Part shown: positions 1 through 12,233 of the stretch, in pieces
Layout of the letters: each line of letters begins with the position of its first letter
Numbering within the stretch: the first letter of the stretch is position 1
Translations under genes and position numbers: made by a program
From: Obrimoposthia wandeli
Lineage: Eukaryota
Assembly (NCBI GenBank): GCA_977020255.1
Contig: CDROCS010002834.1
Coordinates: 186,001 to 250,000 of the forward strand
Length of the DNA: 64,000 bases
Reading direction: 5' to 3'
The notes under the pieces: generated by a model
What the model was told of the DNA's origin: nothing
The model's database searches: none
Seen by the model: only the letters and a program-made list of their open reading frames with translations

Positions 1-938
1 TCAATCATACGATCAAAATCTGTTGTACCAATGCCTTTGGTATTCGGTCGAATTAAATAATCATTATTTGTCAGTAATTTTTTTTGTTGCTCTGCATTGT
101 TAGCCACCATGAAATCAGTCAGTTGATCCATAATGGCAAAGTAATTTTTTAGCTCATCGCGCTTTTTAAAATCATTGCTAATATCAACCGCAATAACAAT
201 ATCAGCCCCCATCGCTTTCACGACTGAAATAGGTAAATTATTGGTAATCCCACCGTCCACCAACAGTCGATCATTCAACTCCATTGGGGGTAATATGCCA
301 GGAATCGACATACTCGCTTGCATCGCCTTGGCCAAGTCACCTTTATCTAATATCACAGGTTTCAAGGTTTCAATATCGCTAGCCACTGCTCTAAAAGGGA
401 TAGCTAAATCATCAAAGCTCGCAAACTCAGGCTGATTACCGGAGGTAGAACGAATAATTTCGCCCATATTTTGTCCTTGAACAAAACCTTTGGGCACTTT
501 TAATTCCCACAAGTCAAAACCAACATCAGTTTTAATCTGAAAACGATCTTCTTGATGTTTTTCACGCACACGACGATCGCTACGTTGAACACCGTCTTGA
601 TATCCATCACGCCAATTTATTGTCTCAAGAAAAGATTCTATTTCATCAGCGCTCATACCGGACGCATATAAGCCACCGACATACGCCCCCATGCTGGTGC
701 CTGCAATATAATCAACGGGAATCTGCATCTCTTCTAATGCTTTTAAGACCCCAATATGTGCCGCCCCTTTTGCCCCGCCGCCCCCGAGCACAACTCCAAC
801 TTTAGGCCTTTCTTTCGCGACAGCATCGAAAGAAAGAACAAAAGCAAAAAAAGTGACGAAAATCACTAAAGTAATGTAACGGACTGGCAGATAAACATTA
901 GAATAACAGTTTGTAATCGATGGCTTAGCAAAGGTCAT
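1..938 (-). CDS. Patatin-like phospholipase with signal peptide, N-terminal part only; possibly PlpD/type Vd-like. Runs off the window edge.
   Basis: Hand translation of the minus strand from ATG 938 is open to base 1. It gives a hydrophobic leader ([21 protein letters not shown]), then GGGGAKG, the GTSMG nucleophile elbow and DGG, the three patatin motifs. Absent from the ORF track because there is no stop in the window. The start could lie further downstream. Confidence 0.9.
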   Translation of the reverse strand, partial: MTFAKPSITNCYSNVYLPVRYITLVIFVTFFAFVLSFDAVAKERPKVGVVLGGGGAKGAAHIGVLKALEEMQIPVDYIAGTSMGAYVGGLYASGMSADEIESFLETINWRDGYQDGVQRSDRRVREKHQEDRFQIKTDVGFDLWELKVPKGFVQGQNMGEIIRSTSGNQPEFASFDDLAIPFRAVASDIETLKPVILDKGDLAKAMQASMSIPGILPPMELNDRLLVDGGITNNLPISVVKAMGADIVIAVDISNDFKKRDELKNYFAIMDQLTDFMVANNAEQQKKLLTNNDYLIRPNTKGIGTTDFDRMI

Positions 939-1002
939 TGTTTTTGTAATCCGTGCTCTGAGTATTTTGCTCATAACTATTAAAATAAAGACAATCAATT
1001 TA

Positions 1003-2919
1003 ATGAATTTCAATCAGGTAAGTATTAAACAAAAACTGATCTTCGCCATGGTCATTGCTGTTCTTTCTTCGACGGCTTTAGTCGGTTTTATCAGCCAAAA
1101 TCAAGCCCGTAACGTAGTGGAAACACGGCTGTTAAAATCAGAGCTTCCAGCTACCTTAATGCAAATTAGAAATACTATCGATAAAGAAGTATCGGTATTA
1201 CAGTTTGCGGCACAACAGCTCGCCTCTAATCGATTCATTCTTGAATCTTTTAAACAGACACCTTCTGAACAATCAAACACCCAACTCATTCAAGTACTGA
1301 ATGATATCAGAACCCAATATGATTTGTTCGATGCTTCTATCGCCGATCGCACGACAGGAGACTATTGGAATCAAACCGGTTTTTTACGCCGCTTAAACCA
1401 ACAGCAAGATGGCTGGTTTTTTGGGTTTATCAATAGTGGCGACGAAAAGATGCTTAACGTTTTCCGTGAAAATAATGGGAATGTAAAACTGTTCGTCAAC
1501 TACCAACAACTAAATGGCAGCGGGATGGCAGGTTTATCAAAATCTCTTGATGACATGGTGACTTTCGTTAATCAATTTAAGCTAGAAGAAACAGGCTTTG
1601 TTTACCTTGTCGATGCCAATGGCGCAATACGCATACATAAAGACAGCAGTAAGATGGGTAACGCTAGCCTGACTCAAATGTATAGCTCTGATGTTGCCCG
1701 CACACTACTCAATAAAAACGACGTTAACTTTTCTGAATATACAATCGCAGGCAAAGATACGTTGCTTGCAACCAGCTATATTCCATCAATGGATTGGTAT
1801 GTAGTAGCAGAGCTTCCTAAAGAAGAAGCGTTTTCAGCATTGAACCAAGCACGAAATGAAATAATGCTCTGGACTGCTGTCATTGCTGTTACTTTCATCT
1901 TTATTGCGATTTGGTTAGGCACTAATATCACCCGCCCTATTGAACGCCTTGCCGCTGTCTTTAAAGATCTGGGAGAAGGTGAAGGTGATTTACGTCATCG
2001 AATCGATATTCAGGGAAAGGATGAAATTGCTCAGCTATCTGAAGGCTTTAATAGCTTTATTGGGAAAATTCATTATTCCGTGAAAGAAGTTGCTGAAACG
2101 GGGAATTCACTGCGTGATGCCGCTGAATCGGTGGCTTCACAAGCACAAATCACCTTAGATAACAGCCATAGTCAGCGTGACCGTACCATTCAAGTTGTTA
2201 CTGCAATCAATGAGATGGGTGCAACAGTGAATGAAATTGCGGGTAACGCCGCGAATGCAGCAGAAGCGGCACACAACGCAGAAAAAGAAACGAAAAATGG
2301 CCAGCTTGTTGTCGCTCAAGCACGCGATACTATTAATCAATTGGCGAATGATGTTGATCAGGTGAGCGAGGTAATTGGCTCGCTGGCACACAATACTCAA
2401 GCGATTGGCAGTATTCTCGATACCATTCGCGGTATTTCAGAACAAACCAACCTATTGGCATTAAACGCAGCTATCGAAGCTGCCCGTGCAGGGGAACAAG
2501 GTCGTGGGTTTGCTGTGGTCGCCGATGAAGTGCGTAGTTTAGCCAGCCGCACATCTGATTCAACCAACGAAATCCAAACGATGATCAATCGCCTGCAAGA
2601 AGAAGCCAGTGATGCCGTTACCGCAATGCAACAAAGTCGTCAGCTAACATCAAATGGTGTTTCTGCTGCCGACGAGGCATCTGGTGCACTGATTTCGATT
2701 AGCGATCGAATTACCTTAATTTCAGATATGAATACCCAAGTCGCCACCGCCACAGAAGAACAGTCAACGGTAGTGAATGACATTAACTGTAATATTGAAG
2801 AGATTAACGAAACCACACAACGTACTGCAGAGACTGCGTCAGAATTAGCCAATTCCAGTCAATCACTACGGGATTTATCTAAACGTCTTGATGATATGGT
2901 TGGCACCTTCAAATTATAG
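1003..2919 (+). CDS. Methyl-accepting chemotaxis protein (TM, periplasmic Cache-like sensor, TM, HAMP, signalling domain)
   Basis: Two TM segments, HAMP (ITRPIERL...DEIAQL) and the signalling hairpin [34 protein letters not shown] 1003 chosen over the track's start at 967. Confidence 0.95.
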   Translation: MNFNQVSIKQKLIFAMVIAVLSSTALVGFISQNQARNVVETRLLKSELPATLMQIRNTIDKEVSVLQFAAQQLASNRFILESFKQTPSEQSNTQLIQVLNDIRTQYDLFDASIADRTTGDYWNQTGFLRRLNQQQDGWFFGFINSGDEKMLNVFRENNGNVKLFVNYQQLNGSGMAGLSKSLDDMVTFVNQFKLEETGFVYLVDANGAIRIHKDSSKMGNASLTQMYSSDVARTLLNKNDVNFSEYTIAGKDTLLATSYIPSMDWYVVAELPKEEAFSALNQARNEIMLWTAVIAVTFIFIAIWLGTNITRPIERLAAVFKDLGEGEGDLRHRIDIQGKDEIAQLSEGFNSFIGKIHYSVKEVAETGNSLRDAAESVASQAQITLDNSHSQRDRTIQVVTAINEMGATVNEIAGNAANAAEAAHNAEKETKNGQLVVAQARDTINQLANDVDQVSEVIGSLAHNTQAIGSILDTIRGISEQTNLLALNAAIEAARAGEQGRGFAVVADEVRSLASRTSDSTNEIQTMINRLQEEASDAVTAMQQSRQLTSNGVSAADEASGALISISDRITLISDMNTQVATATEEQSTVVNDINCNIEEINETTQRTAETASELANSSQSLRDLSKRLDDMVGTFKL

Positions 2920-2949
2920 TGCTCAGATATATAGAAGAGTTGTAGACAT

Positions 2950-2975
2950 AAAAAAGGCGCCTTAAAGGCGCCTTT
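2950..2975 (-). terminator. Intrinsic terminator of lpdA, probably bidirectional with the MCP gene
   Basis: AAAGGCGCCT-TAA-AGGCGCCTTT perfect stem, with an A6 tract on + (U tract on -). Confidence 0.85.
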
Positions 2976-2997
2976 CTAGCAAATTAATCGAAGAGAA

Positions 2998-4440
2998 TTA
3001 CTTCTTCTTTTTCTTTGCTTTTGCGTTTGGTAAGTCAGTGATGCTACCTTCGTAGATCTCTGCTGCCATACCAATTGATTCATGCAATGTTGGGTGGGCG
3101 TGTATAGTTAACGCGATGTCTTCTGCGTCACAACCCATCTCGATCGCTAGACCGATTTCACCCAAAAGCTCACCCGCATTTGTACCAACGATAGCACCAC
3201 CGATAACACGGTTAGTATCTTTATCGAAGATAAGCTTAGTTAGACCATCAGCACAATCAGATGCGATTGCACGGCCTGACGCAGCCCAAGGGAAGCTTGC
3301 AGTTTCGAAGTTAATGCCTTCAGCTTTAGCTTCACGTTCTGTTTTACCAACCCACGCAACTTCTGGTTCCGTGTAGGCAATAGAAGGAATCACTTTAGGA
3401 TCGAAGTAGTGCTTCTTACCAGAGATTACTTCAGCAGCAACGTGACCTTCATGCACACCTTTGTGAGCAAGCATAGGTTGACCTACGATATCACCAATTG
3501 CGTGAATGTGAGGTACGTTAGTACGCATCTGCTTATCAACGTGAATGAAACCACGCTCATCGACTTCAATACCAGCAACGCCAGCATCAAAAAGTTGACC
3601 GTTTGGAACACGGCCAATAGCAACCAATACTGCATCGTAACGGATAGGCTCAGCAGCTGCTTTCTTGCCTTCCATTGATACATAAATACCGTCTTCTCTC
3701 GCTTCAACCGCTGTCACTTTCGTTTCTAGCATTAGGTTGAACTTGTTCTTTATACGCTTGGTATAAACTTTAACGATATCTTTATCTGCTGCAGGGATCA
3801 CTTGATCAAACATTTCAACAACGTCGATCTTAGAACCCAGAGCGTGGTAAACCGTACCCATTTCTAGGCCGATAATACCGCCACCCATAACAAGCAGTTT
3901 TTCAGGTACTTCATTCAGTTCTAGCGCGTCTGTAGAGTCCCAGATACGTGGATCTTCATGAGGGATAAACGGCAGTTTAATTGGACGAGAACCCGCCGCA
4001 ATAATTGCGTTATCAAAGTTAATGGTTGTCGTTTCTTCGCCTTCACCGCTGTTATTTGTAACAACAATAGAATTAGGACCAGTAAACTTACCAAAACCGT
4101 TAACAACCGTTACTTTACGCATCTTAGCCATTCCGCCAAGACCGCCAGTTAACTGGTTAACAACCTTTTCTTTCCAAAGACGGATCTTTGAGATATCAGT
4201 CTGTGGTTCGCCAAAAACGATACCGTGGTCGGCCAGCGCTTTCGCTTCTTCAATAACCTTAGCTACGTGAAGTAGCGCTTTCGATGGGATACAACCCACG
4301 TTCAAGCAAACACCACCAAGGGTGCTGTAACGTTCGATGAGTACTGTTTCCAGACCCAAGTCAGCACAACGGAAAGCTGCGGAGTAACCGGCAGGACCGG
4401 CACCAAGTACCACGACCTGGGCTTTGATTTCTTTGCTCAT
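2998..4440 (-). CDS. lpdA: Dihydrolipoamide dehydrogenase (E3)
   Basis: GAGPAG FAD motif, redox-active CLNVGC, GGGIIG NAD motif and HAHPTLHE. Confidence 0.98.
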   Translation of the reverse strand: MSKEIKAQVVVLGAGPAGYSAAFRCADLGLETVLIERYSTLGGVCLNVGCIPSKALLHVAKVIEEAKALADHGIVFGEPQTDISKIRLWKEKVVNQLTGGLGGMAKMRKVTVVNGFGKFTGPNSIVVTNNSGEGEETTTINFDNAIIAAGSRPIKLPFIPHEDPRIWDSTDALELNEVPEKLLVMGGGIIGLEMGTVYHALGSKIDVVEMFDQVIPAADKDIVKVYTKRIKNKFNLMLETKVTAVEAREDGIYVSMEGKKAAAEPIRYDAVLVAIGRVPNGQLFDAGVAGIEVDERGFIHVDKQMRTNVPHIHAIGDIVGQPMLAHKGVHEGHVAAEVISGKKHYFDPKVIPSIAYTEPEVAWVGKTEREAKAEGINFETASFPWAASGRAIASDCADGLTKLIFDKDTNRVIGGAIVGTNAGELLGEIGLAIEMGCDAEDIALTIHAHPTLHESIGMAAEIYEGSITDLPNAKAKKKKK

Positions 4441-4514
4441 CTTGACCTCGTTATAGTCATTTATCCCTGACAGGCTAAAATAAAGATTCGATTTTATTGT
4501 TTTTCGACCTAAAC

Positions 4515-4543
4515 ACTTTACAGATGTGTTAACAGAGTGAAAA
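4515..4543 (-). promoter_or_regulatory. Probable internal lpdA sigma70 promoter with an ArcA-like GTTAAC in the spacer
   Basis: TTTTCA-17 bp-TAAAGT on the minus strand, with TGTTAACA in the spacer. Similar in layout to the ArcA-repressed E. coli lpd promoter as I recall it. Confidence 0.5.
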
Positions 4544-4574
4544 ATAAAATCGTGTAGCCTGTGAGCTAGACAAC

Positions 4575-4611
4575 AATTCCGGCATCAGATTTTTGCACTG
4601 ATACCGAAATT
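4575..4611 (-). terminator. Stem-loop between aceF and lpdA (partial terminator or RNA stabiliser)
   Basis: AATTTCGGTATCAG-9 nt-CTGATGCCGGAATT pairs fully on the minus strand using G-U pairs. The U tract is weak. Confidence 0.6.
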
Positions 4612-4687
4612 TAGCAGTAATAACCTTACTGTTCTGATTTTTATCTAAACAGCGATTTATATATCAAATAAATATCGACAGTACGAA

Positions 4688-6586
4688 TTACAGTACTAAG
4701 CGACGAATATCAGATAGGCAACCGTTTAGGTAAGTAATGAAACGTGCACCTTCAGCACCATCGACCACACGGTGATCGTAAGATAGTGATAGAGGAAGCA
4801 TTAGGCGAGGTTCGAAATCCTTGCCATTCCATACAGGTTTCATTTCAGACTTAGATACACCTAAGATACCCACTTCTGGTGCGTTCACGATTGGTGTGAA
4901 TGCAGTACCACCTAAGCCGCCAAGGCTAGAGATAGTGAAACAGCCGCCTTGCATATCAGATGCAGTTAGCTTACCAGAACGTGCTTTCTTAGAAATAGCC
5001 ATTAGCTCTTCAGATAGCTCGTAGATGCCTTTCTTGTTCACATCTTTAAAGACAGGAACAACAAGACCGTTAGGTGTATCTACCGCGATACCCACGTTCA
5101 CGTACTTCTTCAGAATGAGGCTTGCACCGTCATCTGAAAGAGAAGAGTTGAAAGATGGGAATGCTTCAAGCGCTTTCGCAACCGCTTTCATGATGAACAC
5201 AAGTGGTGTGATCTTCATGCCTGTATCTTTCTTCGCTTCAATTGCGTTCTGCTCTTTACGGAATGCTTCTAGAGCCGTGATGTCTGCGTTGTCCCACTGT
5301 GTAACATGCGGGATCATTACCCAGTTACGGTGCAGGTTAGCGCCAGAAATCTTCTTGATACGAGATAGAGGCTTAGTTTCAATCTCACCAAACTTGCTGA
5401 AATCAATTTTCGGCCAAGGTAAAAGACCCAGTCCAGAACCGTCGCCACCTTTAGCTGATGCAGCTGCACCAGATTCAAGACGCTTAAGCGCATCTTTCAC
5501 GTAGTTCTGTACGTCTTCTTTCTGGATACGGCTCTTACGACCAGTACCTTTAACTTTAGAAAGGTTAACACCGAATTCACGAGCAAGACGACGAACAACA
5601 GGAGATGCATGCGCATATTCGTTGTTTTCTTGGAAATCGCCAGCTGGCGCCGCTGCTTGTGCAGGCTTCGCTGCAGGAGCAGATGCTGCTACTGGAGCTG
5701 CCGCTTGAGCAACAGGTGCAGGTGCTGCGCCAGCTACTTCGCCTTCTGTTGTAGAGAAAATCATGATCAAAGAGCCCGTAGACACTTTATCACCAGCAAC
5801 GATTTTGATTTCTTTAACAGTACCAGCAAACGGTGCAGGTACTTCCATTGAAGCCTTATCACCTTCAACAGTAATAAGAGATTGCTCTTCTTCTACTGTA
5901 TCGCCAACAGCAACCATGATTTCAGTAACTTCTACTTCATCACCGCCGATATCAGGAACGTTTACTTCTTTCGCAGCAGAAACAGCCGGAGCTGCTGCAA
6001 CTGGTGCCGCCGCTTGAGGAGCGGCTGCTGGAGCAGAGCCTGCTACCTCGCTCTTTTCAACTAAGAAAGTCATCACTAAAGAGCCAGTTGATACTTTATC
6101 GCCAGCTGCAATTTTGATTTCTTTTAGAACACCAGCAAACGGTGCAGGTACTTCCATCGATGCTTTGTCGCCTTCAACAGTAAGAAGAGATTGCTCTTCT
6201 TCGATGCTGTCGCCGATAGCAACCATGATTTCAGTCACTTCTACTTCGTCGCCGCCGATATCTGGAACATGTACTTCTTTCAGCTCAGCCGCCGCAGGCG
6301 CTGCAGCAACAGGTGCCGCCGCTTCAACTGCAGGTGCTGGCGCAGCTGCTGCGCCTTCTGCTTCAAAAATCATGATTAAAGAACCAGTAGAAACCGTATC
6401 GCCTTCAGCGATTTTGATTTCTTTAACGATACCCGCTTGAGAAGCAGGTACTTCCATAGAGGCTTTGTCACCTTCTACAGTGATCAGAGATTGCTCTTCT
6501 TCAACCTTGTCGCCAACGCTAACAAGAATCTCAGTTACTTCAACCTCGTCTGCACCAATGTCAGGTACATTAATTTCGATTGCCAT
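4688..6586 (-). CDS. aceF: Pyruvate dehydrogenase E2 with three lipoyl domains
   Basis: Three copies of [11 protein letters not shown], Ala/Pro linkers, the [12 protein letters not shown] binding domain and the DHRVVDG catalytic motif. Real start is MAIEINVPD at 6586; the track's 6682 overlaps aceE. Confidence 0.98.
   Translation of the reverse strand: MAIEINVPDIGADEVEVTEILVSVGDKVEEEQSLITVEGDKASMEVPASQAGIVKEIKIAEGDTVSTGSLIMIFEAEGAAAAPAPAVEAAAPVAAAPAAAELKEVHVPDIGGDEVEVTEIMVAIGDSIEEEQSLLTVEGDKASMEVPAPFAGVLKEIKIAAGDKVSTGSLVMTFLVEKSEVAGSAPAAAPQAAAPVAAAPAVSAAKEVNVPDIGGDEVEVTEIMVAVGDTVEEEQSLITVEGDKASMEVPAPFAGTVKEIKIVAGDKVSTGSLIMIFSTTEGEVAGAAPAPVAQAAAPVAASAPAAKPAQAAAPAGDFQENNEYAHASPVVRRLAREFGVNLSKVKGTGRKSRIQKEDVQNYVKDALKRLESGAAASAKGGDGSGLGLLPWPKIDFSKFGEIETKPLSRIKKISGANLHRNWVMIPHVTQWDNADITALEAFRKEQNAIEAKKDTGMKITPLVFIMKAVAKALEAFPSFNSSLSDDGASLILKKYVNVGIAVDTPNGLVVPVFKDVNKKGIYELSEELMAISKKARSGKLTASDMQGGCFTISSLGGLGGTAFTPIVNAPEVGILGVSKSEMKPVWNGKDFEPRLMLPLSLSYDHRVVDGAEGARFITYLNGCLSDIRRLVL
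5760..6586 (-). repeat. Three intragenic lipoyl-domain repeats of aceF
   Basis: Near-identical DNA blocks, e.g. CCAGCAAACGGTGCAGGTACTTCCAT on + in copies 2 and 3. Confidence 0.9.
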
Positions 6587-6599
6587 GTTTAATTGCCTC

Positions 6600-9281
6600 T
6601 TACGCGTATAGCGGGTTCGTCTTGTCTGCATCGATGTCGAATTTAGCGATTGCTTGTGCAACAACAGATTTTTCGATATCACCTCGTTTTGCCAATTCTG
6701 CTAGTGCTGCAACTACAACGTAGCCCGCATTAACTTCGAAGTGACGACGTAGGTTCTCACGGCTATCAGAACGACCGAAACCATCAGTACCAAGTACTTT
6801 GAAAGATTCAGACGGCATGAATGCACGAACTTGCTCTGCATAGTTCTTCATGTAGTCAGTTGCTGCGATTGCAGGCTCAGTACCCATTACTGACGTAATG
6901 TAAGGAACTTTTTGCTCTGCTTCTGGGTGCAGCATGTTGAAACGCTCTACATCTTGACCTTCACGTGTTAGCTCGTTGAAAGAGGTAACAGAGAAAACAT
7001 CAGATGCAACACCGTAGTCATCGCTAAGAATTTGAGCGGCTTTGCGTACTTCATTCATGATAGTACCAGAGCTCATTAACTGAACTTTCTTACCCTGTTG
7101 ATCAGGAGCAGACCCTGCGTAAGATTCTAGCTTGTAGATACCTTTACGAATGCCTTCTTCAGCGCCTTCTGGCATTGCTGGCATTGCGTAGTTTTCGTTC
7201 ATTACCGTTAGGTAATAATAAACGTTTTCTTGGTTCTCACCGTACATGCGACGGATACCGTCTTGCATGATAACCGCAACCTCGTAAGCAAACGTTGGGT
7301 CGTAAGAGATACAGCTAGGAATAGTGTTTGCTAGAACATGAGAGTGACCATCTTCATGTTGTAGGCCTTCACCATTCAGTGTTGTACGGCCTGCAGTAGC
7401 ACCCAGTAGGAAACCACGTGCTTGTTGATCACCTGCTAGCCATGCCATGTCGCCAACACGTTGGAAACCGAACATTGAGTAGTAGATGTAGAATGGGATC
7501 ATTGGCAGATCGTTGGTGCTGTAAGACGTTGCCGCAGCAACCCAAGATGCCATTGAGCCAAGCTCGTTGATACCTTCTTGCAGAACCTGACCAGACGTCG
7601 CTTCTTTGTAGTAAGAAACTACACCGCGGTCTTCAGGCGTGTATTCTTGACCCTGTGGGTTATAGATACCAACCTGACGGAACAGACCTTCCATACCAAA
7701 GGTACGTGCTTCATCACAGATGATTGGTACGATATTCTTACCGATGTTTTTATCTTTAAGTAAGATATTTAGCGTACGTACGTAAGCCATAGTCGTAGAG
7801 ATATCACGCTTCTGCTCACCCAGTAGAGGTGCGAATTCCTCTAATGCAGGCACCTTAAATTCTTGTGTGAACTTAGGCAGACGCTTAGGCGTGTAACCGT
7901 GCAGTGCGTTACGGCGAGCGTGCAGGTAGTTGTACTCTGCAGAACCTTCTTCCAATTTCAGGTATGGAAGAGCTTTCATTTCTTCATCAGAAACAAGATC
8001 TTGTAGGCCAAGGCGATCGCGTAGGTGTTGAACATGTGTCATGTCCATTTTCTTAACACCGTGCGCAATGTTCTTACCTTCAGCTGCTTCACCCATGCCG
8101 TAACCTTTTACAGTTTTAGCCAGAATGACTGTAGGACGACCTTCAGTTTCTTTTGCATTGTTGAACGCAGCAAACAGCTTAGAAGACTCGTGACCACCAC
8201 GCTTAAGTGCGAAGATTTGGTCATCAGTCATGTCTGCAACTAGTGCAGCTGTTTCTGGGTACTTACCAAAGAAGTGTTCACGTACGTAAGCACCGTCTTT
8301 AGATTTGAATGTTTGGTAGTCACCATCGATAGTTTCATTCATTAGCTGAAGAAGCTTACCAGTCGTGTCTTTCGCTAGTAGTGAATCCCAGTTGTTACCC
8401 CAAATAACTTTAACAACATTCCAACCGGCGCCCTTAAATAGGCCTTCTAGTTCTTGAATGATGCTACCGTTACCCATAACCGGGCCATCAAGGCGCTGTA
8501 GGTTACAGTTGATTAGGAAACATAGGTTATCCAGCTTTTCACGGGCAGCGAATGAAATAGCGCCACGTGATTCTGGCTCATCCATCTCACCATCGCCCAA
8601 GAACGCGTAAACACGTTGAGCTGATGTATCTTTAAGACCACGACCTGCCAAGTACTTAAGGAAACGTGCTTGATAGATAGCTGAAATAGGACCAAGACCC
8701 ATAGAAACTGTTGGGAACTGCCAGAATTCAGGCATCAGTTTAGGGTGTGGGTATGAAGGAATACCTTTACCATCAACTTCTTGACGGAAGTTATCTAACT
8801 GCTCTTCAGTTAAACGGCCTTCAACAAACGCACGAGAATAGATACCCGGAGAGATGTGACCTTGGTAATACACCAAATCGCCGCCATCAACTTCGTTTGG
8901 TGCACGGAAGAAGTGGTTGAAACATACTTCGTAGAATGCAGAAGCAGACTGGTAAGAAGCCATGTGGCCACCTAAGTCTAAATCTTTCTTAGAAGCACGT
9001 AGTACGATCATGATTGCGTTCCAACGGATAATGGAACGAATACGGCGCTCAAGAGTAGTATCACCAGGATACGCAGGCTCTTGTGCTGATGGAATCGTAT
9101 TAATGTAGTTGGTAGTCATGCCAGTTGGCATATCTACACCGTCTAAACGTGCTTTATCCAGAACTTGTTCAAGTAAGTACTGTGCGCGTTCTACACCTTC
9201 TTCACGGACTACTGATTCTAGAGCTTCTAGCCACTCTTGAGTCTCAAGTACGTCAACGTCATTTTTCATGACTTCAGACAT
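6600..9281 (-). CDS. aceE: Pyruvate dehydrogenase E1
   Basis: [13 protein letters not shown]-binding motif, YQGHISPG and LQHEDGHS; 893 aa. Confidence 0.98.
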   Translation of the reverse strand: MSEVMKNDVDVLETQEWLEALESVVREEGVERAQYLLEQVLDKARLDGVDMPTGMTTNYINTIPSAQEPAYPGDTTLERRIRSIIRWNAIMIVLRASKKDLDLGGHMASYQSASAFYEVCFNHFFRAPNEVDGGDLVYYQGHISPGIYSRAFVEGRLTEEQLDNFRQEVDGKGIPSYPHPKLMPEFWQFPTVSMGLGPISAIYQARFLKYLAGRGLKDTSAQRVYAFLGDGEMDEPESRGAISFAAREKLDNLCFLINCNLQRLDGPVMGNGSIIQELEGLFKGAGWNVVKVIWGNNWDSLLAKDTTGKLLQLMNETIDGDYQTFKSKDGAYVREHFFGKYPETAALVADMTDDQIFALKRGGHESSKLFAAFNNAKETEGRPTVILAKTVKGYGMGEAAEGKNIAHGVKKMDMTHVQHLRDRLGLQDLVSDEEMKALPYLKLEEGSAEYNYLHARRNALHGYTPKRLPKFTQEFKVPALEEFAPLLGEQKRDISTTMAYVRTLNILLKDKNIGKNIVPIICDEARTFGMEGLFRQVGIYNPQGQEYTPEDRGVVSYYKEATSGQVLQEGINELGSMASWVAAATSYSTNDLPMIPFYIYYSMFGFQRVGDMAWLAGDQQARGFLLGATAGRTTLNGEGLQHEDGHSHVLANTIPSCISYDPTFAYEVAVIMQDGIRRMYGENQENVYYYLTVMNENYAMPAMPEGAEEGIRKGIYKLESYAGSAPDQQGKKVQLMSSGTIMNEVRKAAQILSDDYGVASDVFSVTSFNELTREGQDVERFNMLHPEAEQKVPYITSVMGTEPAIAATDYMKNYAEQVRAFMPSESFKVLGTDGFGRSDSRENLRRHFEVNAGYVVVAALAELAKRGDIEKSVVAQAIAKFDIDADKTNPLYA

Positions 9282-9361
9282 GCAATCTTCCTTTCGTTGA
9301 TAATCTACAAAACTAACAATGTCGCGACTGTTTAATACCTTACGTTATAGTTATGAAGGTA

Positions 9362-10135
9362 TTAATCCAGCCCGTCCTTGCGCTGTTGAATTCGACGAAG
9401 AGAGCGTTCACGCCTGCTATCTTCACGCGATAATTCCAACAATGTTTCCTCAATGAAAGCCAAATGCGCATGGGACGCTTCACGGGCCTTTTCAGGTTGT
9501 CCGGAAACAATCGCTTGCACAATATCGGCTCGATGCTTTCTCACTTTCCCCACTACGCTTTCGCGGCGGTTCAATAGTTCAAAGTTTTGTAATACGTTTT
9601 GCTCAAGCAATGGGGCAAGGCTACGAATGATATGAAGCAGTACGACGTTATGTGCGGATTCAGTTACCGCGATCAAATACTGCATTACAGCTGATGCTTC
9701 AGCTTTTAAATCACCTTGTTGCTGAGCGTCTTCTATCCGTGTATGACAATCACGAATACGAATGAAATCTTCTTCTGTGCCGCGTAACGCTGCGTAATAA
9801 GCAGCTAAGCCTTCAAGGGCATGACGAGACTCAAGTAAATCTAATTGTGTTTCAGGGTGCGAGGCTAATAATTCCAACAAAGGCTCAGAAAAACTCTCCC
9901 AGAGTTTATCGGTTACAAATGTTCCCCCGCCCTGACGGCGTGTTAGCAAATTTTTAGCCTCAAGCCGTTGAATCGCTTCTCGTACCGAAGGACGTGAAAC
10001 ATCGAATTGCTTAGCTAACTCACGCTCTGGAGGCAATTGTTGACCAGAAGACAAGATGCCTTCCAAAATCCAACGTTCCAGTTCTTGCTCGATGGCATCA
10101 GAGAGCTTAGGTTGGCGAATTCGTTTATAAGTCAT
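9362..10135 (-). CDS. pdhR: Pyruvate dehydrogenase complex repressor (GntR/FadR family)
   Basis: N-terminus [39 protein letters not shown], and position upstream of aceEF. Confidence 0.97.
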   Translation of the reverse strand: MTYKRIRQPKLSDAIEQELERWILEGILSSGQQLPPERELAKQFDVSRPSVREAIQRLEAKNLLTRRQGGGTFVTDKLWESFSEPLLELLASHPETQLDLLESRHALEGLAAYYAALRGTEEDFIRIRDCHTRIEDAQQQGDLKAEASAVMQYLIAVTESAHNVVLLHIIRSLAPLLEQNVLQNFELLNRRESVVGKVRKHRADIVQAIVSGQPEKAREASHAHLAFIEETLLELSREDSRRERSLRRIQQRKDGLD

Positions 10136-10199
10136 TTATCGTTATGCTTCTTATACTTATATCGTTTCAGGCATATCCACTTTCAAAACAAGCGTGGAC

Positions 10200-10216
10200 A
10201 ATTGGTCTTACCAATT
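10200..10216 (-). promoter_or_regulatory. PdhR operator (proximal)
   Basis: The minus strand reads AATTGGTAAGACCAATT, the known E. coli PdhR box, at about +10 to +26 of the adjacent promoter. Confidence 0.92.
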
Positions 10217-10231
10217 TTCTAACAGGGCGAA

Positions 10232-10259
10232 ATCTTACAGAAATAATTGTAGATGTCTA
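10232..10259 (-). promoter_or_regulatory. pdhR-aceEF-lpdA proximal sigma70 promoter
   Basis: TAGACA-16 bp-TAAGAT just upstream of the PdhR box. Confidence 0.6.
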
Positions 10260-10340
10260 GTTGTAGCTTGATGGAAATCATAGAAACGGCGTGAATTTAA
10301 CAAAAATGTCAAATTATGAAAACTTGTTAAAACAATGTGT

Positions 10341-10369
10341 ACCATAGGTGGCAACAGAAAATATCGCAA
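10341..10369 (-). promoter_or_regulatory. Candidate distal pdhR promoter
   Basis: TTGCGA-17 bp-TATGGT on the minus strand. Confidence 0.45.
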
Positions 10370-10388
10370 ATTTGAGTAAGAAAATAAG

Positions 10389-10405
10389 CAATGGTCTGAC
10401 CAATT
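10389..10405. promoter_or_regulatory. Second PdhR-like operator
   Basis: CAATGGTCTGACCAATT has only 2 mismatches to AATTGGTnnnACCAATT. Confidence 0.65.
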
Positions 10406-10466
10406 GGCTTTATTGTTACAGCCTATGACTTAAAGCCAGCGTTTCTTACTCAATACCGATTATGAT

Positions 10467-11027
10467 TTATCCATTAACACGCAATGTTGCTTTAAAGGCA
10501 TGCCAATCAAACGCTAAACCGGGATCTGTTTTACGCCCAGGCGCAATAAATTCATGCCCGGTAATACGGGAAGAATCGATATGTGGATAATGTGTCATGA
10601 TAACCCGAGATAACTCAGTCAGTGTTGCATACTGAGCTTGGGTATAAGGGAGGGTGTCCGTTCCTTCCAGTTCTATACCAATAGAATAATCATTGCATTT
10701 GTCGCGCTTGGCAAATTGTGACACTCCAGCATGCCATGCCCGACAATCAAACGGTACAAATTGAATGATATCGCCATTCCGCCTAATTAAACAGTGCGCA
10801 GACACTCGAAATCCTGAAATTACCCCGAAATAGGGATGTTCGTTCGGATTCAGCTTCCCCGTAAACAGTTGTTCGATATACGGGCCACCAAACTCCCCTG
10901 GTGGCAAACTAATATTGTGTACCACCAGCAAAGACACATCTTGCGCATCGGGGCGCTGATCAAAAAATGGGGATGGCACATGTTTCACCCCATCAAGCCA
11001 ATGATCACAGTTAACGGTTAATGTCAT
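10467..11027 (-). CDS. ampD: 1,6-anhydro-N-acetylmuramyl-L-alanine amidase
   Basis: LLVVHNISLPPGEFGG, VSAHCLIRR, RAWHAGVS, SIGIELEG and RKTDPG. Confidence 0.96.
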   Translation of the reverse strand: MTLTVNCDHWLDGVKHVPSPFFDQRPDAQDVSLLVVHNISLPPGEFGGPYIEQLFTGKLNPNEHPYFGVISGFRVSAHCLIRRNGDIIQFVPFDCRAWHAGVSQFAKRDKCNDYSIGIELEGTDTLPYTQAQYATLTELSRVIMTHYPHIDSSRITGHEFIAPGRKTDPGLAFDWHAFKATLRVNG

Positions 11028-11217
11028 ATTCTTCAGTTCAATATTGAGAGCGTATGTTTAGTCTCGCCGATCTTCGCGGTTATATCTATCTTCCTTGTTA
11101 CTTGATCATTAGAAACCCGACCCTCGGATCTCGCATCTTATTCACGCTCAAGGTATGATCCCTCTATTATACTCAAGCAACATCAAGATACTCTTTTCAG
11201 GGGTAGCTTGGGTATAA

Positions 11218-12171
<954 letters not shown>

Positions 12172-12189
12172 GCGCTTTAAGTAACGACT

Positions 12190-12233
12190 AAAAAGCGAGC
12201 CTCTAGATTAATTATCTAAACAGCTCGCTTTTT
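12190..12233 (+). terminator. nadC terminator
   Basis: AAAAAGCGAGC...GCTCGCTTTTT outer stem, inner TAGAT/ATCTA stem, followed by T-rich sequence. Confidence 0.75.

Noticed and set aside
5760-6586. Repeated DNA blocks that could look like a duplication or mobile element
   Set aside because: Three lipoyl domains are the normal architecture of gamma-proteobacterial AceF.
6587-6682. N-terminal extensions given by the ORF track for aceF, and likewise for pilB, coaE, yraN, sspA, rpsI, mlaB and mlaD
   Set aside because: They are upstream in-frame alternative starts overlapping the previous gene. The conserved N-termini begin at downstream ATGs.
10582-10590. Perfect DnaA box (TGTGGATAA) inside ampD
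   Set aside because: It is a single 9-mer in coding sequence, about one is expected by chance in this window, and there is no cluster or unwinding region.
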